Positions 1 to 11,167 of a DNA stretch of 64,000 bases are shown here, piece by piece (the stretch's first letter is position 1; every line of letters starts with the position of its first letter). A program made the translations under genes and the position numbers. Below the pieces are notes generated by a model. That model was not told the origin of the DNA. It did no database searches and saw only the letters and a list, made by a program, of their open reading frames with translations. Origin of the DNA: Laetmonice hystrix (lineage: Eukaryota); the NCBI GenBank assembly GCA_965235115.1, contig OZ249442.1:21452001-21516000 (forward strand), in the 5' to 3' direction.

Positions 1-3000
1 ACCGAAGTTGATCCCAACCAGTCAGTCCAGTGCCTTTGACAGTGGCAGTGGCCACCCCCGTCGTCCAAACGATGTCTCCAAAAGCAAAACCTTTATTGGC
101 TTCGACCAGGCGATGAAGTGGGTTGTTCAAGTGGGTTAAATTCCCCGCAAAGAAGTTCCAGCCGCAAAGCCATCGAGCTCGGAGAAAAACAAGAGTTGTT
201 GTTGTTGCTTCGTTGACGTCGAGCAGCCCACGTCATCGACACGCCCAGTTCTTCGCCAAGATCTGCGGCCAGTTAACTCGGCCTACATGTTTACAAATTC
301 ATCTCAGACCAGATGTCAATCATGTTTGTTAGATCATGGCCTTGTAACCTGTCGTATACATGAAAAACGGACAAGTCAGCCTGTGGCCAAATAGTCCGGG
401 CGTAGGCACTTCCCTTCCATAACGCTATGGACTGGACCTGATTACACCCGAGCGATAAATTTGTTCTTGCCCGTGACGTCACGACCATTCCCCGACATGA
501 GCCATGTTTTGGTAGTACATGGCTCGTTTCTGGCTTGGGACAGGGGGGGTATCCACGTTCGCAGCGCCATCTAGGTCGAGCGATAATAGAGAACCAAAAC
601 AATGCGGCCGAGACGACTCAAAGTAAAATCGAGTGCTTTGACAAAAATGCTGTCTATACGTTAAAACGTAATCAATTTGCCAAATTCGAGTTAGAGTCGC
701 TTACACAGTAGTATCTTCTTTCTAATTATATCAGATTTGTGAGCTTTTGTGCTCTAAAAATATATATTTAACCAATTCATCGGACGTCGTCCGCCATTCT
801 GCCATGACTGATAAATTGCTAAAAAATGGTTAACTTTAGACGCTGACCATACGTTAACTGGACGAGCGTTAAAAAATCAGTTACCACCGTTGGAAAGCTT
901 ATCATTTTTTGTATCTAATTCTTCAACCCCGCTCGCAAGCGCTCCAAGATTTCTGTGTCATTAGAGCACTTTTGGGTAGTCTGTCTTTGCCACTGGTATC
1001 GGAGAGACGGCCAGGGATGTCCGGCTAGTCCTCGCGTCGAGTCGCGGAAAGCACCCGGGCTCGAGTCGCTGTCAGTGTCAGCCGACAATCAACTCGTAAA
1101 TTTTCATACACTGCGCCAGGAATCGTTATCAAACTTACCACCCACAAAGGCTCAAATATGTTCTAAAGCTATAGGAGCATGTTTTTTAATACCTCAGACT
1201 GGTAAAATTGTTAAAAAACGAGTGAAGGCTAGATCCTGTCCGACGCGTGAACATGGCTGCAGGGCGCACGGGGGTCCCGGCTCACGCTCAGCTCGAGTCC
1301 CGCTTGGTACTGGCGCGCTCGGTCTCTGCGACCGCTATTATGTTTGGTCGTATAGAGGGCGCTGCGAACGTGGACACCCCCCCTGGGCTTGGGAGGTGTG
1401 CTCGTGGGGTACGACGAAACACCGAAACCGAGAGAATTTACCGAAAACGACCGAAGTCGACCTTGGCATATCGACACCGACATCCAGATGGCAATAAGGT
1501 CGTCAGTTTCGGTCGGTTTTGGTGTTTAGTCGGACCGGTGCTCCCGGGCAGGAATGTCCTCAAGCTGGGGTAAAATGCGATCGTATTTTTCAACGTCCAA
1601 ACAAGTTTGCTCGTCCAATTTTACAAGTGAATCGACACATAATATTATGAGAAAGGTCGTTGTATTATGATAAATTTCTGTGCAGACAGGACAGGCTATC
1701 TCTAGAAATTGCGATGCAATACTTTCTCTTTAACGAAACCGTGACGAGTTTTAATGACAGTTTCGAAGTTGACTACAGGTGAGGAGCTGAGCGTCCACCA
1801 GTCACGACCGCGCCCTGGGAATTCCGACTGTGTACCGTTGTGAACGTGGGCGGTGGAGGCAGTGGAGGTGGCCAGCAATGCGCGTGAGGGAAACAAGTGG
1901 GCAAACCTCATCAAAAGGCGACTCCCGAGCCCACATGTGACCACAACCCACGCAAGGTGTCATGGCAGGTAACCGAATAAAACCAAAATGGACATTTCAC
2001 CTTAATGATGCAGTATAATGATGTTCAGGTATCATGGAGTATTTTTGTATCCTTACTGTCAACAGCTCCATGGCGCAAGGTTTGGTCCTCAGTTAAAGAA
2101 GTGCGGTAAACTGCAGTAACCGGCGAAAGTTAACCTGCAGACATAAATTATATTCCATGAAGCACCAGGGGTTATAATCCTAGTATTGCCATCGCTGGAA
2201 AAACGGTTATTACCTCGTCGCTGGCCTTGTGATATTCTTAACAAAGTCCAATCCTAAGTAAGGGAACCCCACCAAACAAATAAAGTACTGCGGTTTCTGT
2301 CTGCCGTAGGCCTAAGTAGGTTAACGACCTCTTCTGTTACTTCTGTTACTCAGGGTGTGAAACCGATCTGCAAAGTGGCCCAGTTCACCCTGAGGGTGGA
2401 TCAATGATAGCTGCAGACAGGGAAACTTGGCATAAGTCACGGACTTTTACAAGACTCACGTCTGAGAATGGCTGCAACTACAGTCACACTATCGAATACA
2501 GGAATTCGAAATGAGTTGTTGTGTATAATGTATGAATCCATAGTCGTCAAGGCGAGATGATATGTGATGCTCGCAAACATACCGGCTTTACGAAATGTAA
2601 ATGTGGTTTAAGGTTGCTTTCATGCTCTTCAATTATTGAATGCCTTACGGTGTTTGAGATGAAATGAAAGCCTTCTACTTCAATACGTTTGTGGCAGAGA
2701 TACCAAAAATGGGTAACGTGCGGTTCAAATCAAATATAGGCCTACCTTTAATAAGAGAGAGCATCTGTCCCTGCGTCCTCTAGCGAATCCATATACGCCC
2801 ACGCAAGATAATGTAGAAACGTTTCGATCGGAGAACAAACCAAGTAAAGAAGTTCAAACATTTGATTGGTCATATCATGTGAGAAAAGTTTACATGTCAC
2901 GTCAGTGTTACGGTTGCTATTTCCGGGTAAATCATAATCTTGGTTAAATGAAATTCAACATTCCAGTTGCCTGTTGTTGCTATGAAGCGATCGTCTTATG

Positions 3001-3395
3001 GCGGGTTGTGTGCAAAATTGGTTTATGTAAATTGGGACATCTAAAAGTAACAAAATCAAGCTTAATTTGGATAGAGGCATCAGCACCCTATGTAAGGCAT
3101 ACCAACACTTTGCTGAGTCAAAAGTTGCCATATTATGCCAACTTATTCAACCACGTCGATCACCGCTCATGTCTCTTCAATCCAGACCGTCTTTACATCA
3201 CCATTTTTAACAAGTTTGAAATTGTCGCTGACTCTACGTCATCGATCACGTGATAGGGATTCCTTTCTCGGTTGGTAATACACAAAGTGGGGCATCACCC
3301 GATGAATTTCATTGGCTGCTCAAGTCAATGCCATGTCAACTATTTTGTCCACCACCAGCCATAAGACGAGCGTTCACAACGACAAGAGGCGACTG

Positions 3396-3520
3396 AAATG
3401 TTGAATTTCATGGGATTTCTCTATTTCTGCAGGTATACATTTAATGACTTATAGTCTAAGGCATTATCTAACCTAACAGCAAAATCTGAATTTTGGAGTC
3501 ATTGAAATAAGAGATATTCA
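3396..3520. repeat. Dispersed repeat fragment, second copy at 59288-59400
   Basis: Both loci share tgttgaatttcat..gatttctc.atttctg..ggta.acattta.tga.ttat..agtctaag and ttttggagtcatt.aaa..agagat in the same order and orientation. Confidence 0.7.
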
Positions 3521-4122
3521 TGGTTTACTGAATGCTATTGCTATTTTAATGTTGTATTTGCTCACTTCGACCTCCCATATATTTTTAAACCCCCACTTTA
3601 GCCGTGTCTCTGAGGGTTGGAAGCCTTCCGTATGTAGACAAGACTGACAGAGTCAATATTCATAAAATAATTAATTGGTTTCTGCCCTCCAGCCTTTATC
3701 TCATTGTAAGGCGTGAGAAACTGACAGCCCTCTGGCCCAGGGGGTAGCACAAGTCAGGCAGCTTGTACACGTGAGTAAACTAGATCTGGTGAAAATACAA
3801 TCTCTCAACAGTTGCATCATAATTAAAGTGTCACGTGCATCTGCCTGGCCTAGGCACGCACTTCTGCTATTTGTACAAATCTGATTTGGATTGGAGACCT
3901 TCTCCCAAGTGTACCAACTGTCACGTTTTCGGTCTGCCTGGAGACAATTGCATAACGTCCTCATGTCATGGTCATGTCCTCTCTCTCTATAGGACGAACC
4001 CCGGTTGGCCTGCCATGCCATTATACAACGGACATTACATTAGGCGCAAAGGAACAAATTAATAATATAATAATATGTAACAAAGTTACGTAAGTTAATT
4101 AAGTTACGTACCTGAACATTGA

Positions 4123-4192
4123 GATGTAGTAATGATCAGCTAATGATGAAACACTCAGTCATAGGAGGAAATGACCGTAATAGCTCTCTCTC
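4123..4192. repeat. Dispersed repeat fragment, second copy at 63350-63443
   Basis: Shared gatgtagta.tgatca...aatgatgaaacac..agtcatagga, then aatgaccgtaa, then agctctctctc. Confidence 0.75.
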
Positions 4193-6769
4193 GTACGGTA
4201 TCAGAGCCGATCTCTGATAGGGTAAATGATAACTTATATCTTAGCCCCTCCCCAATAACCTGGCCAAACACACTGCCCATATTTGATTTGACGGATTCAA
4301 ATGACAAGTCAAACTGCAAATCAGCAAGGCGCTACCAGTACTGCATTATGCCATAATAATCTATCCAAATCTAGCAGTAAATAGAACTTTACCTTTCAGG
4401 GGAAAAACGAGAAAATAAAATAATACAATATATAATACAGTGAGGACGCGATTTCGCATTGCAATCACGTTGGCTATCCCTGTTTGCATTCAGTGTACCT
4501 GACTTCTAACGTATTTTATTATATCATCGCAGGAGCTACTGAGAACTCCCGAGGAGCTGATAACTGTGTAATTTCCCGAGAGATCAGGAAACAGGGCCGT
4601 GGTGTGTAGGCGAAACCATCAACTAAAAGACGCGACACTTGAAGCAGGATCCTCGTATCAGGTGCAGAACTCATAACACAGGATGATTACACGTTGATTG
4701 GTCCGAGTTAATTCAGTTCTCCTTAAGTTAGAAGAAAACAGGCAGTGCAGAATTTGATTGATCTGGTTTCAATATTGATTCACACTTTCAGTTCAATGAA
4801 GAAGAGCCCGGTCGAAAGAAAAAAATGGCGGGACACTGCAAGGGTTTTAAGATTTAAGTCCTTGATTTCTCAAGTGTAACGCTATCCTGAAAAGCTACGC
4901 CTTGCCGCTGGCAGTTTACGTTGTCCTCCAGAAAACCTAGTGACTCTAGTTCTTCTCTGTATATTGCTGAAAACATCTCAACTGTCGTAATCTCCTTTAC
5001 TCTGCGTTATACGGTATCTTATCGCGATTCCTATGGGTTGTTGCTACTGGATTTATCATTGAACAACGTTTATCCGCCTGCTCGGTACCAAAGCAACAAG
5101 AACATGAATAACCTATCACAGACGAGGAGAGCAAGGTTCCAGTCTACATAGTCATCAAACAAACATGAACCTCAACTTGGAGGCTCCATAACTACATCTG
5201 AAGTATACTGCTGCATGTGGTAGTAACAATGGTACCGAAAGGATTAACCACTCAATTATCCTGTCAATGGGCCTATAGTTCACGGTACAGTCAAATGTTC
5301 TAAATGGTGTCGCTTACATTATAACACCCCCTCTCCCACCCCGCCCACACATCAGCAGTACACGTCACACGTCATTAATGTTCACGGGCACCCGCCGCCC
5401 CGGGCACGCATAACGAAAAGTTGGATTCGTTATATTCTGGATCTGTCGTTAATGAGATGAAAATGCAGCGACCATTTCAACATGGATGTCACTGGCTGCT
5501 GTCTCGGTACCCCCCCCCCCCCCCAAAAAAAAAAAAATCTCGATCTTTCAACACATTATTCATACTATCCCGACACAAGTACGCAATCTTCGTCACGGGC
5601 ACAGAATGCTGTCTGTTCTTTGTTTTCACATAACCAATGCCTGTCATGAAATATGCAATGGTGTCTTGGCATTGAGCGCCGCTGCACGTTTTCAGTCAGG
5701 CAAGGTGCTTCTAGTAAAGTGGTTTGGCGTGTTGGAACTTTCTTCAAGCCTGGGCTACCTTCAACAATAGCGACCAGGGCTTGCATTATTAAGCTTCCGT
5801 TGTTTCTTGAACATTGGCAAAGTCTATGTCCAACTGGAGCGAAGCATCGATCGCCTGCACTCTTTACAATGCAGCAACGATAAATCTCTGCTAAAATTCA
5901 TTCGCATTTTTCATGTCGAGGCACTCATACAATCATGTGAATTTGCGAAATTTCATAAACATAATACAAAAAGTCTGCTACAATGGCAAACTATTGAGGT
6001 TTCATTTGATCCGTATGTTTCGATTTGAGGTTTGGAAGTGGTATCTTAGCGATACGTTTTCTGACCAGTCAATCGTTTGGGGAACTATTGCAATAGGCAG
6101 ACGTGGCCTCGTAAACGCAGCAGCAGGCAATACCGCGCAGATGCTGAAGACGTCTCGGAATAACAAACGACATTTTCAGTGCGTAACATTCTTCCAAACA
6201 TGTTCTTGTCAATCAAATACCTTAGCTGTCCAATCGCCGCTCCTTATTCCACTCTACCGAGAAAAGGGGGCGTGGTCGACGACGCATCACTAGGCACGCT
6301 CCAGCGCTGACGACTGCCGGACAACTGGCACGGAATCCTGGAGGTTCTATGAATATCCAGTACCCGCTGCTGATATAGTAGGGCGGTGAGCTGCTACGTT
6401 TAAGAGGCGGTCGTGGAAGTGGTCTATCACTACAGGTGGCAAACCTCTGGCCACACGCACGGACAGGCGGATCCCACCAAGGTTTATATACCAACCGGGT
6501 ACCACGCGAGCCAGGCACCGGAACCTCCGCCCCCAATAGACGTTTACTTGTTACAGTCAAAAGTATACTGCTGGCCCAGCTTTTCATACTGTGTCATCCA
6601 TGTACGAGGAAACGCGTCAATAGAAAACTCCTACAAGGTATTGTTGACAGCCTGGTGGAAGAAAAGTTGTTGAGGTGGTGCCAAAGAAAGGTACCACATG
6701 AGTTAAAAGTAACTAAACACGCACGAAGGTGTGTTCAAAGTAGACGTACACGGGCTTGCTGCAGTACGT

Positions 6770-6809
6770 AAGTTAACATTTTTTTTAGAATTCCAAAACA
6801 TCTCTACAG
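6770..6809 (+). promoter_or_regulatory. Probable 3' splice acceptor(s) of a 5'-UTR intron of the neuropeptide gene
   Basis: ttttttttAG (AG 6787-6788) and tctctacAG (AG 6808-6809) lie just upstream of ATG 6812. The upstream in-frame extension from GTG 6731 is intron-like. Confidence 0.5.
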
Positions 6810-6811
6810 GA

Positions 6812-6886
6812 ATGACAATGGAAAAACTACCAATATATATTGCTTTAGGGTTACTCGTCCTGTGTGTCTCTACAATAGTAGAAGCC
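6812..6886 (+). other. Signal peptide coding region (about 25 aa)
   Basis: Basic residue, hydrophobic core IYIALGLLVLCV, then V-E-A fitting the (-3,-1) small-residue rule before SDG. Confidence 0.8.
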
Positions 6887-8347
6887 AGCGATGGTGTTTA
6901 CGACAAACGATATGGCCACCCATCCTACAATGACTTTGTGGTTGGCAAAAGACAAAAAGAAGCGTATATGGACTTTCTGCTTGGCAAACGAGGTGGTCAT
7001 ATGGAAGGTTCCTACTTGCCGCACTACATGGACTTTCTCCTTGGAAGTAAACGAAACATGAAGCCGAACTACGCCGACTTTCTGGTTGGCAAGCGAAGCC
7101 ACATGGCCCCCTCGTACGAGGAATTCCTCCTCGGGAAACGTGCCGAGAACAGTCCCTCCTATGCCGACTTTGTCGTAGGCAAAAGAGCACGCCCCTCGTA
7201 TGACGATTTCGTCCTCGGCAAGCGTCTCACCCCTGAGGACTACGATGATGTCATCCTTGGCAAGCGAAGTAAGCGAGACGCGGAGGGCGTAGAATGGGGC
7301 GTGGAAAAAAAGTATACCCCAGACCATTCTAGCTTCGTTCTTGGAAAGAAAGCAGATCAAGACTATTCAAAGTTTGTTCTAGGAAAGAAAAGTAATCCCG
7401 AGTATTCCAGCTTTGTACTCGGTAAGAAGAACAACCCTAACTATGAAAACTTTGTCCTGGGGAAACGAAATGACCAAGAGTATTCCAATTTTGTTTTAGG
7501 AAAGAAAAATCTGCCTGATTATGAGAGTTTTGTGCTTGGAAAGAAGGACGGAAAGCAGAAGAACCGTATGGAGTACGGTGACTTCGTCATGGGAAAGAAG
7601 AACGCCCAGGATTACGCCAAATTTATAATGGGAAAGAAAACAAGCCCAGACTATTCAAAATTTATAATGGGCAAAAAGGACAACCCAGACTATTCACAGT
7701 TTTTCATGGGAAAGAAGCAAAATCAGGATTACTCACATTTTGTACTTGGCAAGAAAAACACGCCAGAATACTCAAACTTTCTAATGGGGAAAAAGAACCA
7801 CCCAGACTATGAAAGCTTTGTTTTGGGGAAGAAGAACCAGCCAGACTATGAAAGCTTTGTTTTGGGGAAGAAGAACCAGCCAGACTATGAAAGCTTTGTT
7901 TTGGGGAAGAAGAACCAGCCAGACTATGACAGCTTTGTTTTGGGGAAGAAGAACCACCCAGACTATGACAGCTTTGTTTTGGGGAAGAAGAACCACCCAG
8001 ACTATGAAAGATTTGTTTTGGGGAAGAAGAACCATCCAGACTATGAAAGTTTTGTTTTGGGGAAGAAGAACGCTCCCGACCACCAAGCGTTCATCATGGG
8101 TAAGAAAAACATCCCTGACTACGAGAGATTTGTCCTCGGCAAAAGAAATAACGACTATGCACACTTTGTGCTCGGGGACAAGAGAACCAATATGCCGGCA
8201 TTCAACGACTTTTTACTGGGGCAGAAGCGTGCACAACCAGACCACCCGGAATTCGTACTTGGGAAGAAAAACAATGAGGACTATTCCAGCTTTGTTCTGG
8301 GGAAACGTACGCAAGGGGACACGGCAGTTACAAACAATGGTAGGTAG
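6812..8347 (+). CDS. Multi-copy amidated neuropeptide precursor, 511 aa, 33 YxxF(V/L/I)(L/M/V)G peptides; FVMamide/FxL-amide-like
   Basis: Single ORF from ATG 6812 to TAG 8345-8347. Hydrophobic N-terminus (MTMEKLPIYIALGLLVLCVSTIVEA) is followed by repeated peptides ending G-KR or G-KK (amide donor plus convertase site), e.g. ARPSYDDFVLG-KR, TSPDYSKFIMG-KK, NHPDYESFVLG-KK. Confidence 0.95.
   Translation: MTMEKLPIYIALGLLVLCVSTIVEASDGVYDKRYGHPSYNDFVVGKRQKEAYMDFLLGKRGGHMEGSYLPHYMDFLLGSKRNMKPNYADFLVGKRSHMAPSYEEFLLGKRAENSPSYADFVVGKRARPSYDDFVLGKRLTPEDYDDVILGKRSKRDAEGVEWGVEKKYTPDHSSFVLGKKADQDYSKFVLGKKSNPEYSSFVLGKKNNPNYENFVLGKRNDQEYSNFVLGKKNLPDYESFVLGKKDGKQKNRMEYGDFVMGKKNAQDYAKFIMGKKTSPDYSKFIMGKKDNPDYSQFFMGKKQNQDYSHFVLGKKNTPEYSNFLMGKKNHPDYESFVLGKKNQPDYESFVLGKKNQPDYESFVLGKKNQPDYDSFVLGKKNHPDYDSFVLGKKNHPDYERFVLGKKNHPDYESFVLGKKNAPDHQAFIMGKKNIPDYERFVLGKRNNDYAHFVLGDKRTNMPAFNDFLLGQKRAQPDHPEFVLGKKNNEDYSSFVLGKRTQGDTAVTNNGR
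7796..8068 (+). repeat. Coding tandem repeat, 7 x 39 bp (N[HQ]PDY[ED][SR]FVLGKK)
   Basis: Unit aaccacccagactatgaaagctttgttttggggaagaag starts at 7796, 7835, 7874, 7913, 7952, 7991 and 8030. Confidence 0.95.
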
Positions 8348-8669
8348 CTATGACTGACGTCTTGTTTACGTATGCATATGTTTGTACTTCCCAGGGTGAG
8401 CGTCTATTTGTATTGTTTTAACGGTCCATGAATAAGAAGCAGCCTCCGAGCGAGGAAAAACTATACCGCGGTGAACCGACAAGCTTACGGTGGGCGCTCA
8501 ACTAAAAATTAACCCTGGCCACCATACGTAATCAATTTATTTACCGCCTATTTACATGAAAACCTGGATCTACAATAACTATACGCCACCTTCCATTCAG
8601 CAAGATACCTTACCAGTCTGCAACTATTAAAGGTCAAGCTAAAATTCACCACAAGCCTGTCCTGAAGCT

Positions 8670-8679
8670 AATAAATAAA
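8670..8679 (+). terminator. Candidate polyadenylation signals (overlapping AATAAA) for the neuropeptide gene
   Basis: aataaataaa about 320 nt after the stop, followed by GT/T-rich sequence. Motif only. Confidence 0.35.
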
Positions 8680-10770
8680 AAGAAAAGTCTAACGTGTTGT
8701 CTTCTTGTCACTGAAGACAATGTCACATAGATTTGGTCTGAAAAATAACTCGTATAACTCAGAAAAAAAATCATCTTACTCAAGTTGAGTTCGCTAATGT
8801 AAACAAACTGCTGAAGCACCGGTCTCTTGCGGTTGGGCGAGAATGCAAACATTGACAGCGCCCGGGAAGGCTCCATTTTGTTTTGTTTATTTTTCTCAAT
8901 AATGCAGAGACTCTGAGACCAACTACGTGTGGCATCGTGTCAACGAACATAAGGGCAACAGGTTAGACAGTTGTATTTTGGATTGTATTCCGGACAGGCT
9001 TATATATCTTAGCTCGACCTTTAAGGCTATCGACTAACCACTTCCAAAAAATCAGTCCCGAAATAAGCAGCTTCGAAAGGGGAAAAAATCCAAAATAACA
9101 ATGTTGCAAAATTGGCTTCCTAATCAGCACCATTTTTTCAAAGTAATTTCCATGCAGTATATTTTCTGCAGATATAACTTTAACCACCAAAAACATGATA
9201 ACACCAACTTAAAGCTGCTTCCGATAGTAGATAGAATGGTCAGGGCATGGATTTTTTTCCATGTTTCTACCACTAAATGCGCTCCGTATTTTGACTTTGC
9301 CCGGCAGTTGGAAACTGCAGCAGCACCTACCGACATCTCCGGCCCTTTATGTTGGAAGATGACCCTCTGACCTTCCTGAATGAAGGACACGGACTTGCCC
9401 AGACATATATCAAATAGGAGCCCTCGCTCGGTCCACTTTCTCAAATCGATTGCTAACTATTGGCTGCGGTATGCAATCTGTCGCTGTCCCGTTCGTACGT
9501 GTCGCCTTTCAATTACGGCTAGGATTTACAATATGGCGAGGCGCTCTTAAGTGGTTTATTCATTCTAAGGTTAAACCCGGTCTGCTTTGGTGTGATTATC
9601 TACACCGCGTTATTAAAGCCACATCTTATCAGCATCATTAGATAGTGGCTACTCCTCAAGCTGAGTTTTCCCTCCCTGTCACAGGTTGGAGGGTCGGCAT
9701 ACGGCATACTTGTAAAATACGAGGTTTTGAACGAAAGGTGGGATATAGAGGGCGTTGACGGTGATCGGTTAGTCTGGTGTGGAGGCGGAGAAAGGCATGC
9801 GAAAATGAAAGTCATAAAGAAATTGATTTCGAACGACTCCCTTTCCCTTGAACACTCTTCCGATTCCGTCTCTGACACATTCAATGGCAAAGACGGGCTC
9901 TAGAAGTTATCCCGTAAGAAGGACAGTTATTTGATGTTTTGCGCCTTGCGCACTTCAGCCTAAGACAAAACGGTAATATAACATGTTCTATTCACTTTTA
10001 TTACCCCAACATTAAGAAATGGCAACTCTGTGTATTTTCTGTTCACTGGGGCCGGGAAGAAGCTCGCATGCAGTCAGGTAGTTAACGCGTCTTACCCCAC
10101 ACAACCAGGAGAACCGCCTCACAAAATGTTCTTCTCCTCTTTGGCCCAGATTAACTTAGAGCTATAAGCACTGGAACGTGAAGAAACTCTAACAACTCTC
10201 CACAAGGCCTACGTGAAATGTTTGTCGTCTGCAGGTAGGTAAGCACGTACTGCGATAACGTCATTATTGCGAGGAACGCACTAGGATGGGAGAGACAAAG
10301 TTATACTCTTTGACACTCTAACGTTGTTAGGAATTCTGGCTGTGAGTAGCATGACGAATGTGTGCATTGTTTCAAGCTATGGTTCGTAATTACTGCGTGA
10401 CTTCCAGAGAGATAATTCCTTTTATGTCGTTGTTCAGACAGCTGCATATAGCGTCTCACCGAATGGATGGATTGACAGTATTCCTACATTATCCTGCAAT
10501 TTTAATGATCTACTAGACGTGAACCGAGGTGAATATTTCTTAAAACGTAATATCTCCACAATGCAAATTTAAGTCATGAGTTTAATTAATTTAGTTACGT
10601 ATGTGTCATGCAGTCAGTAAGCATCTCATCTGTCTTAGCATAACAGTCTATAGTAAGCGCTTCAAAGTCCTGCGACGGCTCAGGGTGAATTATGAACCTA
10701 TTTAGAAGTTTGTATCTATTAAGGATGTTACATCTTTTATCAACTTTCATGACGCCCCTTGGCATCATAA

Positions 10771-10916
10771 TGTACATATGCCGCAGTGCTGTCAGCTCTT
10801 GGGTCTGAGATGAGGAAATAATAAGCGATAATTACATATGCCGCAGTGCTGTGTACATATGCCGCAGTGCTGTCAGCTCTTGGGTCTGAGATGAGGAAAT
10901 AATAAGCGATAATTAC
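10771..10916. repeat. Local duplication: two 65-bp copies with a 16-bp partial copy between them
   Basis: tgtacatatgccgcagtgctg...gcgataattac at 10771-10835 and 10852-10916; the intervening atatgccgcagtgctg is a partial third copy. Confidence 0.9.
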
Positions 10917-11167
10917 TGCCAGGCATTCAAGACGCCGAAAATGAGAACCACTTTCTGCTGCTGGGAATGGTTAAAGCAATTACGCGTTTGGTCGTTCCTC
11001 GCTGATAACAAAAGGAACCCCCTTTTTTATTTGGAGGTATGCCAGCAGGGCAAATGGGAACACTTGGGGTGTATCCGACACTAAGTCAATGACCTGGAAA
11101 TACGAAAGAAAGAATGAAGAGAAGGAGTGGGCGATAGGGGACCGGTACATGGGTCTCTTTAAATGTC

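Noticed and set aside
1-400. Nearly open reading frames on both strands at the window start
   Set aside because: Truncated by the window edge, interrupted by stops, and no recognisable motif.
6731-6811. N-terminal extension of the precursor from GTG 6731
   Set aside because: Non-ATG start in intron-like sequence with acceptor sites; the signal peptide begins at ATG 6812/6818.
6851-8357. Overlapping ORFs 6851-7360, 6870-7190, 7781-8164 (-) and 7809-8357 (+)
   Set aside because: Shadows of the repetitive neuropeptide CDS.
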